From contig CAXWPH010000015.1 of NCBI GenBank assembly GCA_963666055.2, forward strand, positions 1,280,001 through 1,344,000: a DNA stretch of 64,000 nt, in the 5' to 3' direction. Of the stretch, positions 48,459-57,185 are shown piece by piece; the stretch's first letter is position 1; each line of letters begins with the position of its first letter. The position numbers and the translations under genes were made by a program. This stretch comes from Acidobacteriota bacterium. Its GTDB lineage: Bacteria; Acidobacteriota; UBA890; WLXD01. Under the pieces are notes generated by a model that was given only the letters and a program-made list of their open reading frames with translations, was not told the DNA's origin and made no database searches.

Positions 48459-50852
48459 ATGAGCAAGCACGTCCCCGTGATCTGTCTCACCCTTCTGGCG
48501 CTCGCGCTGGCGAGCCCCGCCGAAGCGCAGCTCGGCTTCGGCCGGGCGGTCGCCGCCGTCGAGGGCGAGATCCTCATTGGCGAGCCGGCCAACCAGGTCG
48601 GCCCCGGCATCGTCTACGTGTACCGGCCGGGCTCCGGGGGCTGGGTGGAGTTCCAGCGCCTCACGCGCTCCGATTCCTTCGCCGGAGACGGGTTCGGCGC
48701 GTCGCTGGCGGTAGCCGGGGAGCGGGTGCTCGTCGGCGCGACGCAGGCGGGCGCGGGGGCCGCCTACGTCTTCGAGCGCCGAGGCAGGAGCTGGGTCGAG
48801 GTAGGACGGCTGGCGCCGGACGACGGTACCGACGGGGACCAGTTCGGCGGATCGATGGCGGCAGCGCGCGGCATCATGGCGGTGGGGGCGCCAGAGCACG
48901 AGGACGGGATCGGCGCCGTCTACCTCTACCGCCGCGGCGGTGCGGGCTGGGATCTCCTCTCCAAGCTGCGTCCCGAGGACGCCCCGGACGAGGGGGAGGA
49001 CGAGGGGGCGGCGCCGTCCAACTTCGGCAGCAGCGTGACCGTCTGGGGGGACTGGCTCCTCGCCGGGGCGCCGGGGGGGGAAACGAATCCGGGGCGCGTG
49101 CACCTGTTCCGGCGCCAGGGCAACGGCTGGCAACCTGCCGGCAGCCTGGCGGGCCCCGAGTCCGCCGCGGGAGACGCCTTCGGCTCCGCCATACGCTCCG
49201 GCGACGGTGAGGTGATGATCGGCTCGCCGGGTGCCAACGGTAGCGCCGGGGCCGTCTACGCCTACGGATTCGACGAGCCCGCCGGCGAGTGGGTCCAGCA
49301 CGGCACACTGGTGCCGTACGACGCTCCGGCCGGTAGCCGCTTCGGCACCGCGGTCGTCTTCGACAATAACGAGGCCTTCGTCGGCGCCCCCGGCGCCAAC
49401 GGCGGGACGGGAGACGTCTACCACTTCCGGCGGGACGGCACGGGCAACTGGACCACCGCGAGCAAGATCGGCGCGATGGGCCTCCTGGGTCGCACCCAGA
49501 TGGGAGCCTCCCTGGCGGCTTGGGGCGACGTCGTCGCGGCCGGCATTCCCGGGGACGATTACAGCGCCGGCACCGCCGTGATCATGAGCCGCGGCCTCGG
49601 CGGCTGGGACCGCGCCCGCGTGCTCAGCGAGGGCGCGCGGCTCGAGCCACTCATCGGCGAGACCGTCGAGTGCGTCGACGGCATGGCCGACATCTTCCCC
49701 TGCGACAACATCGACCTGGTGGCCTTCATGCCGATCCACGAGATCGGCGGCGGCCGCGGCGTCGGGGTCAACGACATGTGGGGGTGGGCCGACCCTGAGA
49801 CCGGCCGCGAGTACGCCATCGTCGGGATGAGCGACCGTACCTCCTTCGTCGACGTCACCGACCCGCACGCTCCCGTGTGGGTCGGCAGCCTCGAGCAGAC
49901 TGCGGGCGCGGCGCCGAGTCTGTGGCGCGACCTCAAGATCTACGGCGACCACGCGTTCATCGTCGCCGACGGCGCCGGCGAGCACGGCGTGCAGATCTTC
50001 GACCTGGCACACCTGCGCGAGTTCGAAGGTGAGCCGCTCGCCTTTTCGGAGGACGCGCACTACGACCGCATCCACAGCGCCCACAACATCGTCATCGACG
50101 AGGGCACTCCCTACGCCTACGTCGTCGGCGCCAGCGGCGGCGGCGAGACCTGCGGCGGCGGGCTCCACATGATCAACGTCGAGGATCCGCGGCAGCCGGT
50201 CTTCGAGGGCTGCTTCGCCGACACCAACACCGGGCGTGGCACCGGCTACACGCACGACGCCCAGTGCATCATCTACAGCGGCCCCGACGAGCGTTACGCG
50301 GGCCATGAGATCTGCATCGGGTCGAACGCGACGGCGGTCAGCATCGCCGACGTCACCGACAAGCGGAACCCGGTGGCGGTGTCGATCGCCACCTACCCGA
50401 ACGTCGGCTACACGCACCAGGGCGGGGTCTCCGACGACCACCGGTACTTCTACCTGACCGACGAGCTGGACGAGATCAACGGGCTCACCCCCGGCGCGCG
50501 CACGATGATCTTCGACATCTCCGAGCTCGACGACCCGATCCTCGTCGCCGAATACGTCGCCGAGACCACGGGTACCGACCACAACCTCTACATCCTCGGC
50601 GACGTGATGTATCAGTCCGTCCTCCGCAGCGGCCTGCGCGTGTACGACATCAGCGATCGCGAGCGCATGCGCCCGATCGGCTTCCTCGACACCGTTCCGT
50701 GGGGCGATGACGGCGGCTTCGGTGTGGCCGGCGTGACGTCCGTCGGCGCGTGGAGCAACTACCCCTATTTCAAGAGCGGGGTTGTCGCCGTCAGCAGCCA
50801 GCGCGAGGGCCTGTTCTTGCTCCGGCTGCAAGGAACCGATGACTCGCCGTGA
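48459..50852 (+). CDS. FG-GAP repeats plus choice-of-anchor B family domain
   Basis: FG-GAP units, then NDMWGWADPETGREYA, WRDLK, YTHDAQC, YTHQG and GAWSNYPYFKSG. Confidence 0.9.
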   Translation: MSKHVPVICLTLLALALASPAEAQLGFGRAVAAVEGEILIGEPANQVGPGIVYVYRPGSGGWVEFQRLTRSDSFAGDGFGASLAVAGERVLVGATQAGAGAAYVFERRGRSWVEVGRLAPDDGTDGDQFGGSMAAARGIMAVGAPEHEDGIGAVYLYRRGGAGWDLLSKLRPEDAPDEGEDEGAAPSNFGSSVTVWGDWLLAGAPGGETNPGRVHLFRRQGNGWQPAGSLAGPESAAGDAFGSAIRSGDGEVMIGSPGANGSAGAVYAYGFDEPAGEWVQHGTLVPYDAPAGSRFGTAVVFDNNEAFVGAPGANGGTGDVYHFRRDGTGNWTTASKIGAMGLLGRTQMGASLAAWGDVVAAGIPGDDYSAGTAVIMSRGLGGWDRARVLSEGARLEPLIGETVECVDGMADIFPCDNIDLVAFMPIHEIGGGRGVGVNDMWGWADPETGREYAIVGMSDRTSFVDVTDPHAPVWVGSLEQTAGAAPSLWRDLKIYGDHAFIVADGAGEHGVQIFDLAHLREFEGEPLAFSEDAHYDRIHSAHNIVIDEGTPYAYVVGASGGGETCGGGLHMINVEDPRQPVFEGCFADTNTGRGTGYTHDAQCIIYSGPDERYAGHEICIGSNATAVSIADVTDKRNPVAVSIATYPNVGYTHQGGVSDDHRYFYLTDELDEINGLTPGARTMIFDISELDDPILVAEYVAETTGTDHNLYILGDVMYQSVLRSGLRVYDISDRERMRPIGFLDTVPWGDDGGFGVAGVTSVGAWSNYPYFKSGVVAVSSQREGLFLLRLQGTDDSP

Positions 50853-50858
50853 TCGACG

Positions 50859-50884
50859 CGAGGCGAGGGTGCACCCTCGCCTCG
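50859..50884. terminator. Perfect 26-bp palindrome downstream of the CDS (hairpin, no U-tract)
   Basis: CGAGGCGAGGGTGCACCCTCGCCTCG. Confidence 0.45.
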
Positions 50885-50993
50885 ACCGCCAGCTGACGGC
50901 GCTACGGTTGTAATATCACCGGGTTCCTGACAGCGCTCGTCGTGGCAAGCGGAAGGGGCACTGCAGTTTCGGACTCGACGGATGGAGGGCGGC

Positions 50994-52460
50994 ATGAGCA
51001 AGCGAGAACCAGGCAAGACGAACGGCGCGGATGCCAAGCTCAGCCGCCGGACCTTCGCAAAGACCTCGGTCGCCGCCGGCACAGCGGCTGTCGCGCTGCC
51101 GAACACGTTGCTCGGCTCGACCCCGGCCAAGAGCGCCGCGACGAAGACGACCTATGGTCGTGCGGCTCGTGTCGAGATGCCAGACGAGCCCGGTGGCTAC
51201 GGTGGCGGGGATGCGGCTCCCTTGACCACGCCGGTCTCCCAGAGAGCCAGCGCGGACGTCTGGAAGGACGGCCTGACCCTTCCCGCCGAGTACTACCTCG
51301 ACCCAAAGCACTTCGACGCCGATGAAGCGTTCTTGGCGGAGAACATCTGGCAGTACACCGACCAGGCGAGCCGCATTCCGAACCCGGGTGACTTCTACGT
51401 GTTCGAGTTCGGTCGCTCCGAGTCCATCCTGATCGTTCGTGGTACGGATAACGAGATCCGAGGCTTCTACAACGTGTGCCGCCACCGCGGCTCGCGCCTG
51501 TGCCGCCACGACGCCGACGCGCCCCCGAGCGACCCGCGCCTGTCGGTTAAGCAGCTCGGCCAGTCCGGTAACTCACCGGTGTTCCGCTGCCCATACCATG
51601 CCTGGACCTATGACACCGAGGGCAGCCTGATCTACGCCTACGGCATGCAGGACGACTTCGACCCGGCCGACAACGGTTTGCTTCCCTGCCACACGCGGGT
51701 CGCCGAAGGCCAGGTCTTCGTCAACCTGTCCAAGTCGGACACGCCACCGGACTTCGAGTCGGCTGTGCGCTCGGTTACTGCTATCGGCGAGAAGTGGAGC
51801 CTCAAGGATCTGAAGGTCGCGGCACGCGAGTGCGTCCCGATCAACGCCAACTGGAAGCTGTTCATCGAGAACTTCAGGGAGTGCTATCACTGCGGCCCGT
51901 CGCACACGAATCTGGTGGCGACGCACAACTGGAACCTGGAGCTCACGCGCGAGCAGAGAGACGAAAGGGCTGCTGAGGTCGCGGCGTGGGTTCCGGAGGA
52001 GTCCCGACCGGGGCAGCTCACCGGGAGCATGGGCGGGTTGCTCAATAGCGGCTTCGTCACCGGGTCGGTCGACGGCAAGCCGGTCTCAATCCTCCTTCCC
52101 AACATCACCGGGTGGAACCACGAGACGGACCAAGCCGGGTCAGGCCAGACCACCGGCTTCTGGCAAGCCTACGACGATCACGTTGTGGTAGCACGGTTCA
52201 CGCCGCGGACGGAGAAGCTCACCGATTGCGAGACTGTCTGGCTGGTGCATCCCGACGCCGTCGAAGGTCGCGACTATGATCCGGACAACGTCAAGGCGCT
52301 GTGGTACATCACGCTCCTGGAAGACATCTGGATCACCGACAACAACCACGTGGGCATCGAGTCCGGCGCCTACGCTGCCAGTCGTTACTCCACCTTCGAG
52401 GGCGGCCCCAACGGCTTCGTCAACTGGTACATGAAAGAAGTCGTCAAGGCCGGGGACTAG
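50994..52460 (+). CDS. Rieske oxygenase alpha subunit with Tat-like signal; paralog of 23944-25476
   Basis: SRRTFAK; same Rieske and Fe motifs. Confidence 0.9.
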   Translation: MSKREPGKTNGADAKLSRRTFAKTSVAAGTAAVALPNTLLGSTPAKSAATKTTYGRAARVEMPDEPGGYGGGDAAPLTTPVSQRASADVWKDGLTLPAEYYLDPKHFDADEAFLAENIWQYTDQASRIPNPGDFYVFEFGRSESILIVRGTDNEIRGFYNVCRHRGSRLCRHDADAPPSDPRLSVKQLGQSGNSPVFRCPYHAWTYDTEGSLIYAYGMQDDFDPADNGLLPCHTRVAEGQVFVNLSKSDTPPDFESAVRSVTAIGEKWSLKDLKVAARECVPINANWKLFIENFRECYHCGPSHTNLVATHNWNLELTREQRDERAAEVAAWVPEESRPGQLTGSMGGLLNSGFVTGSVDGKPVSILLPNITGWNHETDQAGSGQTTGFWQAYDDHVVVARFTPRTEKLTDCETVWLVHPDAVEGRDYDPDNVKALWYITLLEDIWITDNNHVGIESGAYAASRYSTFEGGPNGFVNWYMKEVVKAGD

Positions 52461-52488
52461 CAGGCCGTGGTGAAAGTGTGGTGGGTCT
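52457..52488 (+). mobile_element. CTAG plus IS5/IS1182-like end
   Basis: 31/32 identical to 61527-61558; TAG is the Rieske stop. Confidence 0.65.
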
Positions 52489-52539
52489 GGCGACAGGGTC
52501 TTGCGAAGTGGTGGCGAGAAGAAAGGAGGAGGCGATGGT

Positions 52540-52683
52540 GAGGTCGGCAAGCTTGCCGACTTGATCGTCGTCGATCGCGATGTCTTCGCGATCGATCCGC
52601 GTGACATCTCGGATACCCAGGTACTCCTCACCCTCATGGAAGGTGTGCCGGTTCACGGCGACCTCGAGGACCTGGAGCAGTGA
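52540..52683 (+). pseudogene. C-terminal fragment of an amidohydrolase-3 gene
   Basis: EVGKLADLIVVDRD...IDPRDISDTQVLLT, homologous to the C-terminus of 61570-63312. Confidence 0.75.
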
Positions 52684-52709
52684 GAAGCGCTACGCGCTAG
52701 CCGTACTCT

Positions 52710-52820
52710 CACCATGAAGTGGGTGCCATCCTCGGTGCCGATATCGTGAACGACCGCGATGTGCGGATGGTTCAGAGCGGCGGCAGCACGAGCCTCCCGC
52801 TCGAAGCGGGCGAGACGCGC
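52710..52820 (-). pseudogene. Internal fragment of a more divergent Ser/Thr kinase
   Basis: [37 protein letters not shown]. Confidence 0.8.
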
Positions 52821-52940
52821 TAGAGCACGGAGGGTTCCACGGAAGACGGCTTCTCTCGGGGTTCAGATTGTCCTTTAGATGGCACCCGTCGCCGGTGTGG
52901 CTCTCCGCCGTAGCCTCGACTATTTCCTGGAGGTCGAAGA

Positions 52941-54395
52941 ATGACGACGGAAAGTGTGGATGTTAAAGGGAGGCAGACAGGCGACCGTGCTAGGGTCGTT
53001 CGGATGAATCGCCTCGTGCTCGGCACCGTCGGGTCAGCCCTGCTGGCGATGATGGCCACATCCGCGGGCGGTCAGGAGCAGTGGCCACGGTTTCGCGGTG
53101 CAAGGGCGGGTGCCGTTGTCGACGATCCCGCCCTGCCCGACGCCTGGAGCGAGACCGACAACGTCGTCTGGAAGATCGACGTTCCCGGGCAGAGCTGGAG
53201 TTCGCCCGTGGTATGGGGCGATCACGTCTTCGTCACCTCCGCGGTCAGCGCCGGTGACGAGCCCGCTCCGGTACCTGGCCTCTACGAGGAGGGACACGAC
53301 TTCGGGGGGTTGAGATCATCGGCGCAGCATCGCTGGGTGGTGTACGACGTCGACTTCGCTACCGGAAACCTCAACTGGGAGCGCCAGCTGCACCGCGCCA
53401 ACCCGCCATTCGCCAGGCACATCAAGAACACCTACGCGACCGAAACGCCGGTCACGGACGGCCGATATCTGTACGTGTACTTCGGCAGTATCGGTCTCGT
53501 CGGCGCCTTGAACATGCGCGGCGAGACCGTCTGGACCACGAAGGTCGATGTGTTCGAGACGCGGTGGCAGTATGGCCCGGCTGCCTCGCCGGCCCTGCAC
53601 GACGACCGCCTGTACATCCTCAACGACAACGCCACCGGAACGTTCCTCGTTGCCTTCGACACGGAGACCGGCGAGGAGATCTGGAGGGTGCTTCGCGAAG
53701 CGCACGCCGGGGCGAACTGGTCGAGGAGCTGGTCAACGCCGTTCGTATGGGAGAACGAGCTGCGCACCGAGATCGTCACGACAGGAACCGCCGGCGTCCG
53801 CTCGTACGATCTCGATGGCAACCTGCTGTGGCAGATCGACGGTACGTCGTCGATGACCGTTCCCACACCTTTCGCCAAGCACGGGCTGGTCTATATCAGT
53901 GCGGGTTACCCAGGGGGAGCGCTGCGTCCGGTCTACGCTGTTCGCCCCGGCGCCTCCGGCGACATCACGCTCTGGGAAAAAGGTGGCCCGTCGACCGCTT
54001 TCCCCGGCCCGCTGAGATCGTCAGAACACATCGCCTGGTCGTACCCACTGCTCGGTCCTTACAGCGTGTCGACGCTGGTGTACGGGGACTACCACTACAC
54101 GTTGCTCGACCGGGGGTTCCTTCTCTGCCACGATGCTCGCACCGGAGAAGAGATCTACGGCCGCCAGCGCATCGAGATCGGCAACGGTTTCACCGCCTCG
54201 CCGTGGGGCTACAACGGCAAGATCTTCCTGCTGAGCGAGGACGGCGATACGTTCGTGGTGCAAGCGGGGCCGGAATTCAAGATTCTCGGCAAGAATACGC
54301 TCGATGAGATGTCGCTGGCAACGCCGGCCGTGGTGCGCGGAAGCGTGATTCTGCGGACACAATCGAAGCTCTACCGGATCGCCAGAGGCACGTAG
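52941..54395 (+). CDS. PQQ-like beta-propeller exported protein
   Basis: QWPRFRG, WSSPVVWGD, YATETPVTDG and FTASP motifs. Confidence 0.85.
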   Translation: MTTESVDVKGRQTGDRARVVRMNRLVLGTVGSALLAMMATSAGGQEQWPRFRGARAGAVVDDPALPDAWSETDNVVWKIDVPGQSWSSPVVWGDHVFVTSAVSAGDEPAPVPGLYEEGHDFGGLRSSAQHRWVVYDVDFATGNLNWERQLHRANPPFARHIKNTYATETPVTDGRYLYVYFGSIGLVGALNMRGETVWTTKVDVFETRWQYGPAASPALHDDRLYILNDNATGTFLVAFDTETGEEIWRVLREAHAGANWSRSWSTPFVWENELRTEIVTTGTAGVRSYDLDGNLLWQIDGTSSMTVPTPFAKHGLVYISAGYPGGALRPVYAVRPGASGDITLWEKGGPSTAFPGPLRSSEHIAWSYPLLGPYSVSTLVYGDYHYTLLDRGFLLCHDARTGEEIYGRQRIEIGNGFTASPWGYNGKIFLLSEDGDTFVVQAGPEFKILGKNTLDEMSLATPAVVRGSVILRTQSKLYRIARGT

Positions 54396-54405
54396 CGATG
54401 AGCCG

Positions 54406-55422
54406 ATGAGTCGCCGCTGGGCGCTGTCGGCCCGTTGCGCCGCGGTCTTCGTTGCGCTGATCTTCGTTGCCCCGGTGCCTGGTGCCGTGCCGGCAATCAC
54501 TCAAGGAGTGCACCTCGAACAGGTCGGCTCGATTCCCGTGCCGGCGGCGCCGCGGGCCGGGTATCTGGCGAGCCAGGTGACGGCACGCGATGGCTACGCC
54601 TACATCTCGCTAGGCAAGGCCTTCACGATCTACGAGGTCTCGGATCCAGCCGCACCGCAGCGCCTGGGATCGTACGAGTTCCCCGACGAGATCTGGAGGT
54701 TCAGGATCACCGGCTCGCGCGCGTACGTCGGCGCCAACTTCTTCGGGCTCGGCATCCTCGACATCTCGGATCCGACGGCGCCGAGGCTCGTAGGCACGCA
54801 CGACACACTCGGTCAGGCCTCGATCGCGGCGGCCTTCGAAACCAAGGTCGTGATCATCGACCACATGGAAGGCCTGGTGATGGTCGACGTATCTGACGAG
54901 GCCGAGCCAGTGCTGGTCGGTTCTTACTACATTGACGGCTACGCTCGCGATGTCGTCACGTTCGGGTCGCTGGCGTTTGCGACGGAATCGCCCAGCGGAC
55001 TCTATGTGTTCGACCTCTCGAAGCCGGGTCCACCAGAGCCGGTCAGCATACTCCACGCTGCCGGCGCGCCGCGGGCTATCGAGGTGTCGTCCGCGGGTGG
55101 CGGGTCGACGCTCCTGTGCGGTGCCAGCGGCGGCAATCTCCAGGTGTACGACGTGTCGGATCCGCTGGCGCCGGTCAGGGCGGCGACGTTCGAGACGCCA
55201 GGTCGTGCCGAGCACGTGGCGCTCGATGGTGCGGTCGCCTACGTTGCCGATGGCGAGGCGGGGATTCAGATCGTGGATCTGTCAACGCCCACGGAGCCGA
55301 GACTGCTCGGCTCCTACGAATTGGCAAAGCGGGCGCACTATGTGTCCGTCGCCGGCTCACACGTCTTCGTCGTCGCGGGCGACGAGGAAGACGCGGAAGT
55401 GGTGATCCTGAGACGGTCCTGA
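54406..55422 (+). CDS. LVIVD-repeat exported protein
   Basis: Repeated AYV...GL.I.D.SDP..P units; stop lies inside an inverted kinase remnant. Confidence 0.85.
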   Translation: MSRRWALSARCAAVFVALIFVAPVPGAVPAITQGVHLEQVGSIPVPAAPRAGYLASQVTARDGYAYISLGKAFTIYEVSDPAAPQRLGSYEFPDEIWRFRITGSRAYVGANFFGLGILDISDPTAPRLVGTHDTLGQASIAAAFETKVVIIDHMEGLVMVDVSDEAEPVLVGSYYIDGYARDVVTFGSLAFATESPSGLYVFDLSKPGPPEPVSILHAAGAPRAIEVSSAGGGSTLLCGASGGNLQVYDVSDPLAPVRAATFETPGRAEHVALDGAVAYVADGEAGIQIVDLSTPTEPRLLGSYELAKRAHYVSVAGSHVFVVAGDEEDAEVVILRRS

Positions 55423-55538
55423 CGAGCGATTTCGAGTGCCACATCCACCGGGACGCGCCCGGAAGCCTTGATCCGCTCCGCCAGACTCTGACCCCCGACC
55501 AGCTCCATGGCGATGAAGCGCACGCCATGGAACCCGGC
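55419..55538 (-). pseudogene. Inverted internal kinase fragment overlapping a plus-strand kinase-start 16-mer
   Basis: GVRFIAMELVGGQSLAERIKASGRVPVDVALEIARQ on minus; CGCCATGGAACCCGGC at 55523-55538 on plus. Confidence 0.8.
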
Positions 55539-55539
55539 T

Positions 55540-55623
55540 GCGCTCCGCTCCGCCGGCCTCAACAACCCCTTGTCAGCACCGAGTTGCTGAGATAACACGT
55601 GGAACTAACGTTGGGTCAGGTCA
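55540..55623 (-). mobile_element. IS3-like terminal remnant, copy 4 (inverted, diverged)
   Basis: TGACCTGACCCAA...CGGTGCTGACAAG...GCCGGCGGAGCGGAGCG. Confidence 0.6.
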
Positions 55624-55759
55624 CGTTTCCTGCCGGATTCGGTCATGAATCCGTACGGGAGCTATGGCGGTCAGCTGTTGACGTGGGAGAGGCGATCAGA
55701 GGGACCGCCGCGGGCTGGCTGATGTTCTCGTGAGCATCCAGCCGAAGGAGGGAGCATAT

Positions 55760-56974
55760 ATGCGCGCGATCGGTGGTGTCATTCTGCTAGTTGGCGCGAT
55801 TCAGGTGGCGACTCTGGGCCAGGGCGGCAAACGGGTCATCAAGATGACCGGCGAGGACCGCGATACGCCGGCAAGTGCGGCAGTCGTCGCCGGAGACTAT
55901 GTGTACGTATCCGGACAGTTCGGACGCGAACCTGACGGTAGGTTCGGCGACATCAAGACCCAAACGCGTCGGGCTCTCGACAACGTTTCCGCGATCCTGC
56001 ACGAAGCAGGCACCAGCCTTGAACAGGCGGTGTCCAGTTACGTGTACCTGCGGAGCAAGGGTGACTTTAGGGCCATGAACGACGAGTACAAGGCCTATCC
56101 AGGCTGGCCCAAGACCACACACAAAACTGCGCGAGGCGATGATTTGGACCTCCCCGTGCGGACGACGATGACCGGCGACCTATTGGCACCATCCGGAGCG
56201 CTGGTGGAAATTACGATCATCGCACTTCGCAAGGGAGCTGAGCGCACGATCGTCCAACCGGCGGAATGGGGGAAGTCGAATCTGCCCTACCCGTGGGCAA
56301 TCAAGTCAGGCGACACGCTGTGGATTTCGGGACTCGTCGCCAGCAACAAGCGAGGGGGCCAGTACATACGTGGCGACATGAGAAAGGATGTGACCCAAAC
56401 CCTGACTGATATCGGGGAGGCGTTGTCGACGGCTGGAATGTCACATGCCGACGTCGTCTTCTCGCGTGTCTATGTCCAGGATCAGGCGCTGGCGAACGAG
56501 ATGGACGAGGCCTATCGCACATTCTTCCCCGTAGACCCTCCGGCGCGAGCGACCCTCAGGGCCGGCATCATGAGCACCATCCTTGACGAAATCACCACGA
56601 TCGCCGTCGAGGCTCCGAAAACGATTGTCAGCATTCCGAATGCTGACGTCGCGCCCTCGGCGAGCCCCGTGGTCGTTGTGGGCAATCGTTTCTTCAGCAG
56701 CGGTATTCAGGGCGTGACCGACGCGACGGGAGGTGACGCGAACGCGCAGACGCGGGAAGTGCTGGCAAGGCTGGGTCATGGGTTGAAAACAGCCGGCTTC
56801 GAGTGGCGGCACGTCGTTGATGCGTGGGTTCTTCTGAGTGATACGCGCGATTACCCTGCGATGGTTGATGCGTACCGCGAGGTCTTCACAGGGGATTATC
56901 CGGCTTGGACCGTGGTCGGCGAACAGCCGCTTGGTCGTGGCGTCGTGCAAATTCAAATCATGGCGGTGAAGTAA
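55760..56974 (+). CDS. Protein with three RidA (YjgF/UK114) domains and an N-terminal signal
   Basis: Three G...Y/W/F.SG...Q units; PVRT, PARA and PAWT at the catalytic Arg position. Confidence 0.85.
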   Translation: MRAIGGVILLVGAIQVATLGQGGKRVIKMTGEDRDTPASAAVVAGDYVYVSGQFGREPDGRFGDIKTQTRRALDNVSAILHEAGTSLEQAVSSYVYLRSKGDFRAMNDEYKAYPGWPKTTHKTARGDDLDLPVRTTMTGDLLAPSGALVEITIIALRKGAERTIVQPAEWGKSNLPYPWAIKSGDTLWISGLVASNKRGGQYIRGDMRKDVTQTLTDIGEALSTAGMSHADVVFSRVYVQDQALANEMDEAYRTFFPVDPPARATLRAGIMSTILDEITTIAVEAPKTIVSIPNADVAPSASPVVVVGNRFFSSGIQGVTDATGGDANAQTREVLARLGHGLKTAGFEWRHVVDAWVLLSDTRDYPAMVDAYREVFTGDYPAWTVVGEQPLGRGVVQIQIMAVK

Positions 56975-57185
56975 CTAGCCCGCCGGACCGGACGGTCGTC
57001 GGTTCATGGGGTCAGAATTGCGTCTCCGTCCCACCGATGCCGGGATGGACAATCACTCCGACTACGTTACCCATTGCCCGTGCGGGGCGACTCCGACGGA
57101 TCAACCGACCTGAACGGCCAGCGCACGGTAATTCTCTGACGGTAGGTGCCGGCTTCAGGCGCTGCGCATCTTCCGGGCAGGGTCA

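Noticed and set aside
48342-50831. 829-aa minus-strand ORF and similar long antisense ORFs (6243-7208, 40298-41224, 62434-63330)
   Set aside because: Shadow frames of high-GC genes with clear motifs on the other strand.
48348-50866. 13/14 direct repeat TCGACGCG(T/A)GGCGA flanking the choice-of-anchor B gene
   Set aside because: Short and GC-rich, and overlaps a hairpin; chance cannot be excluded.
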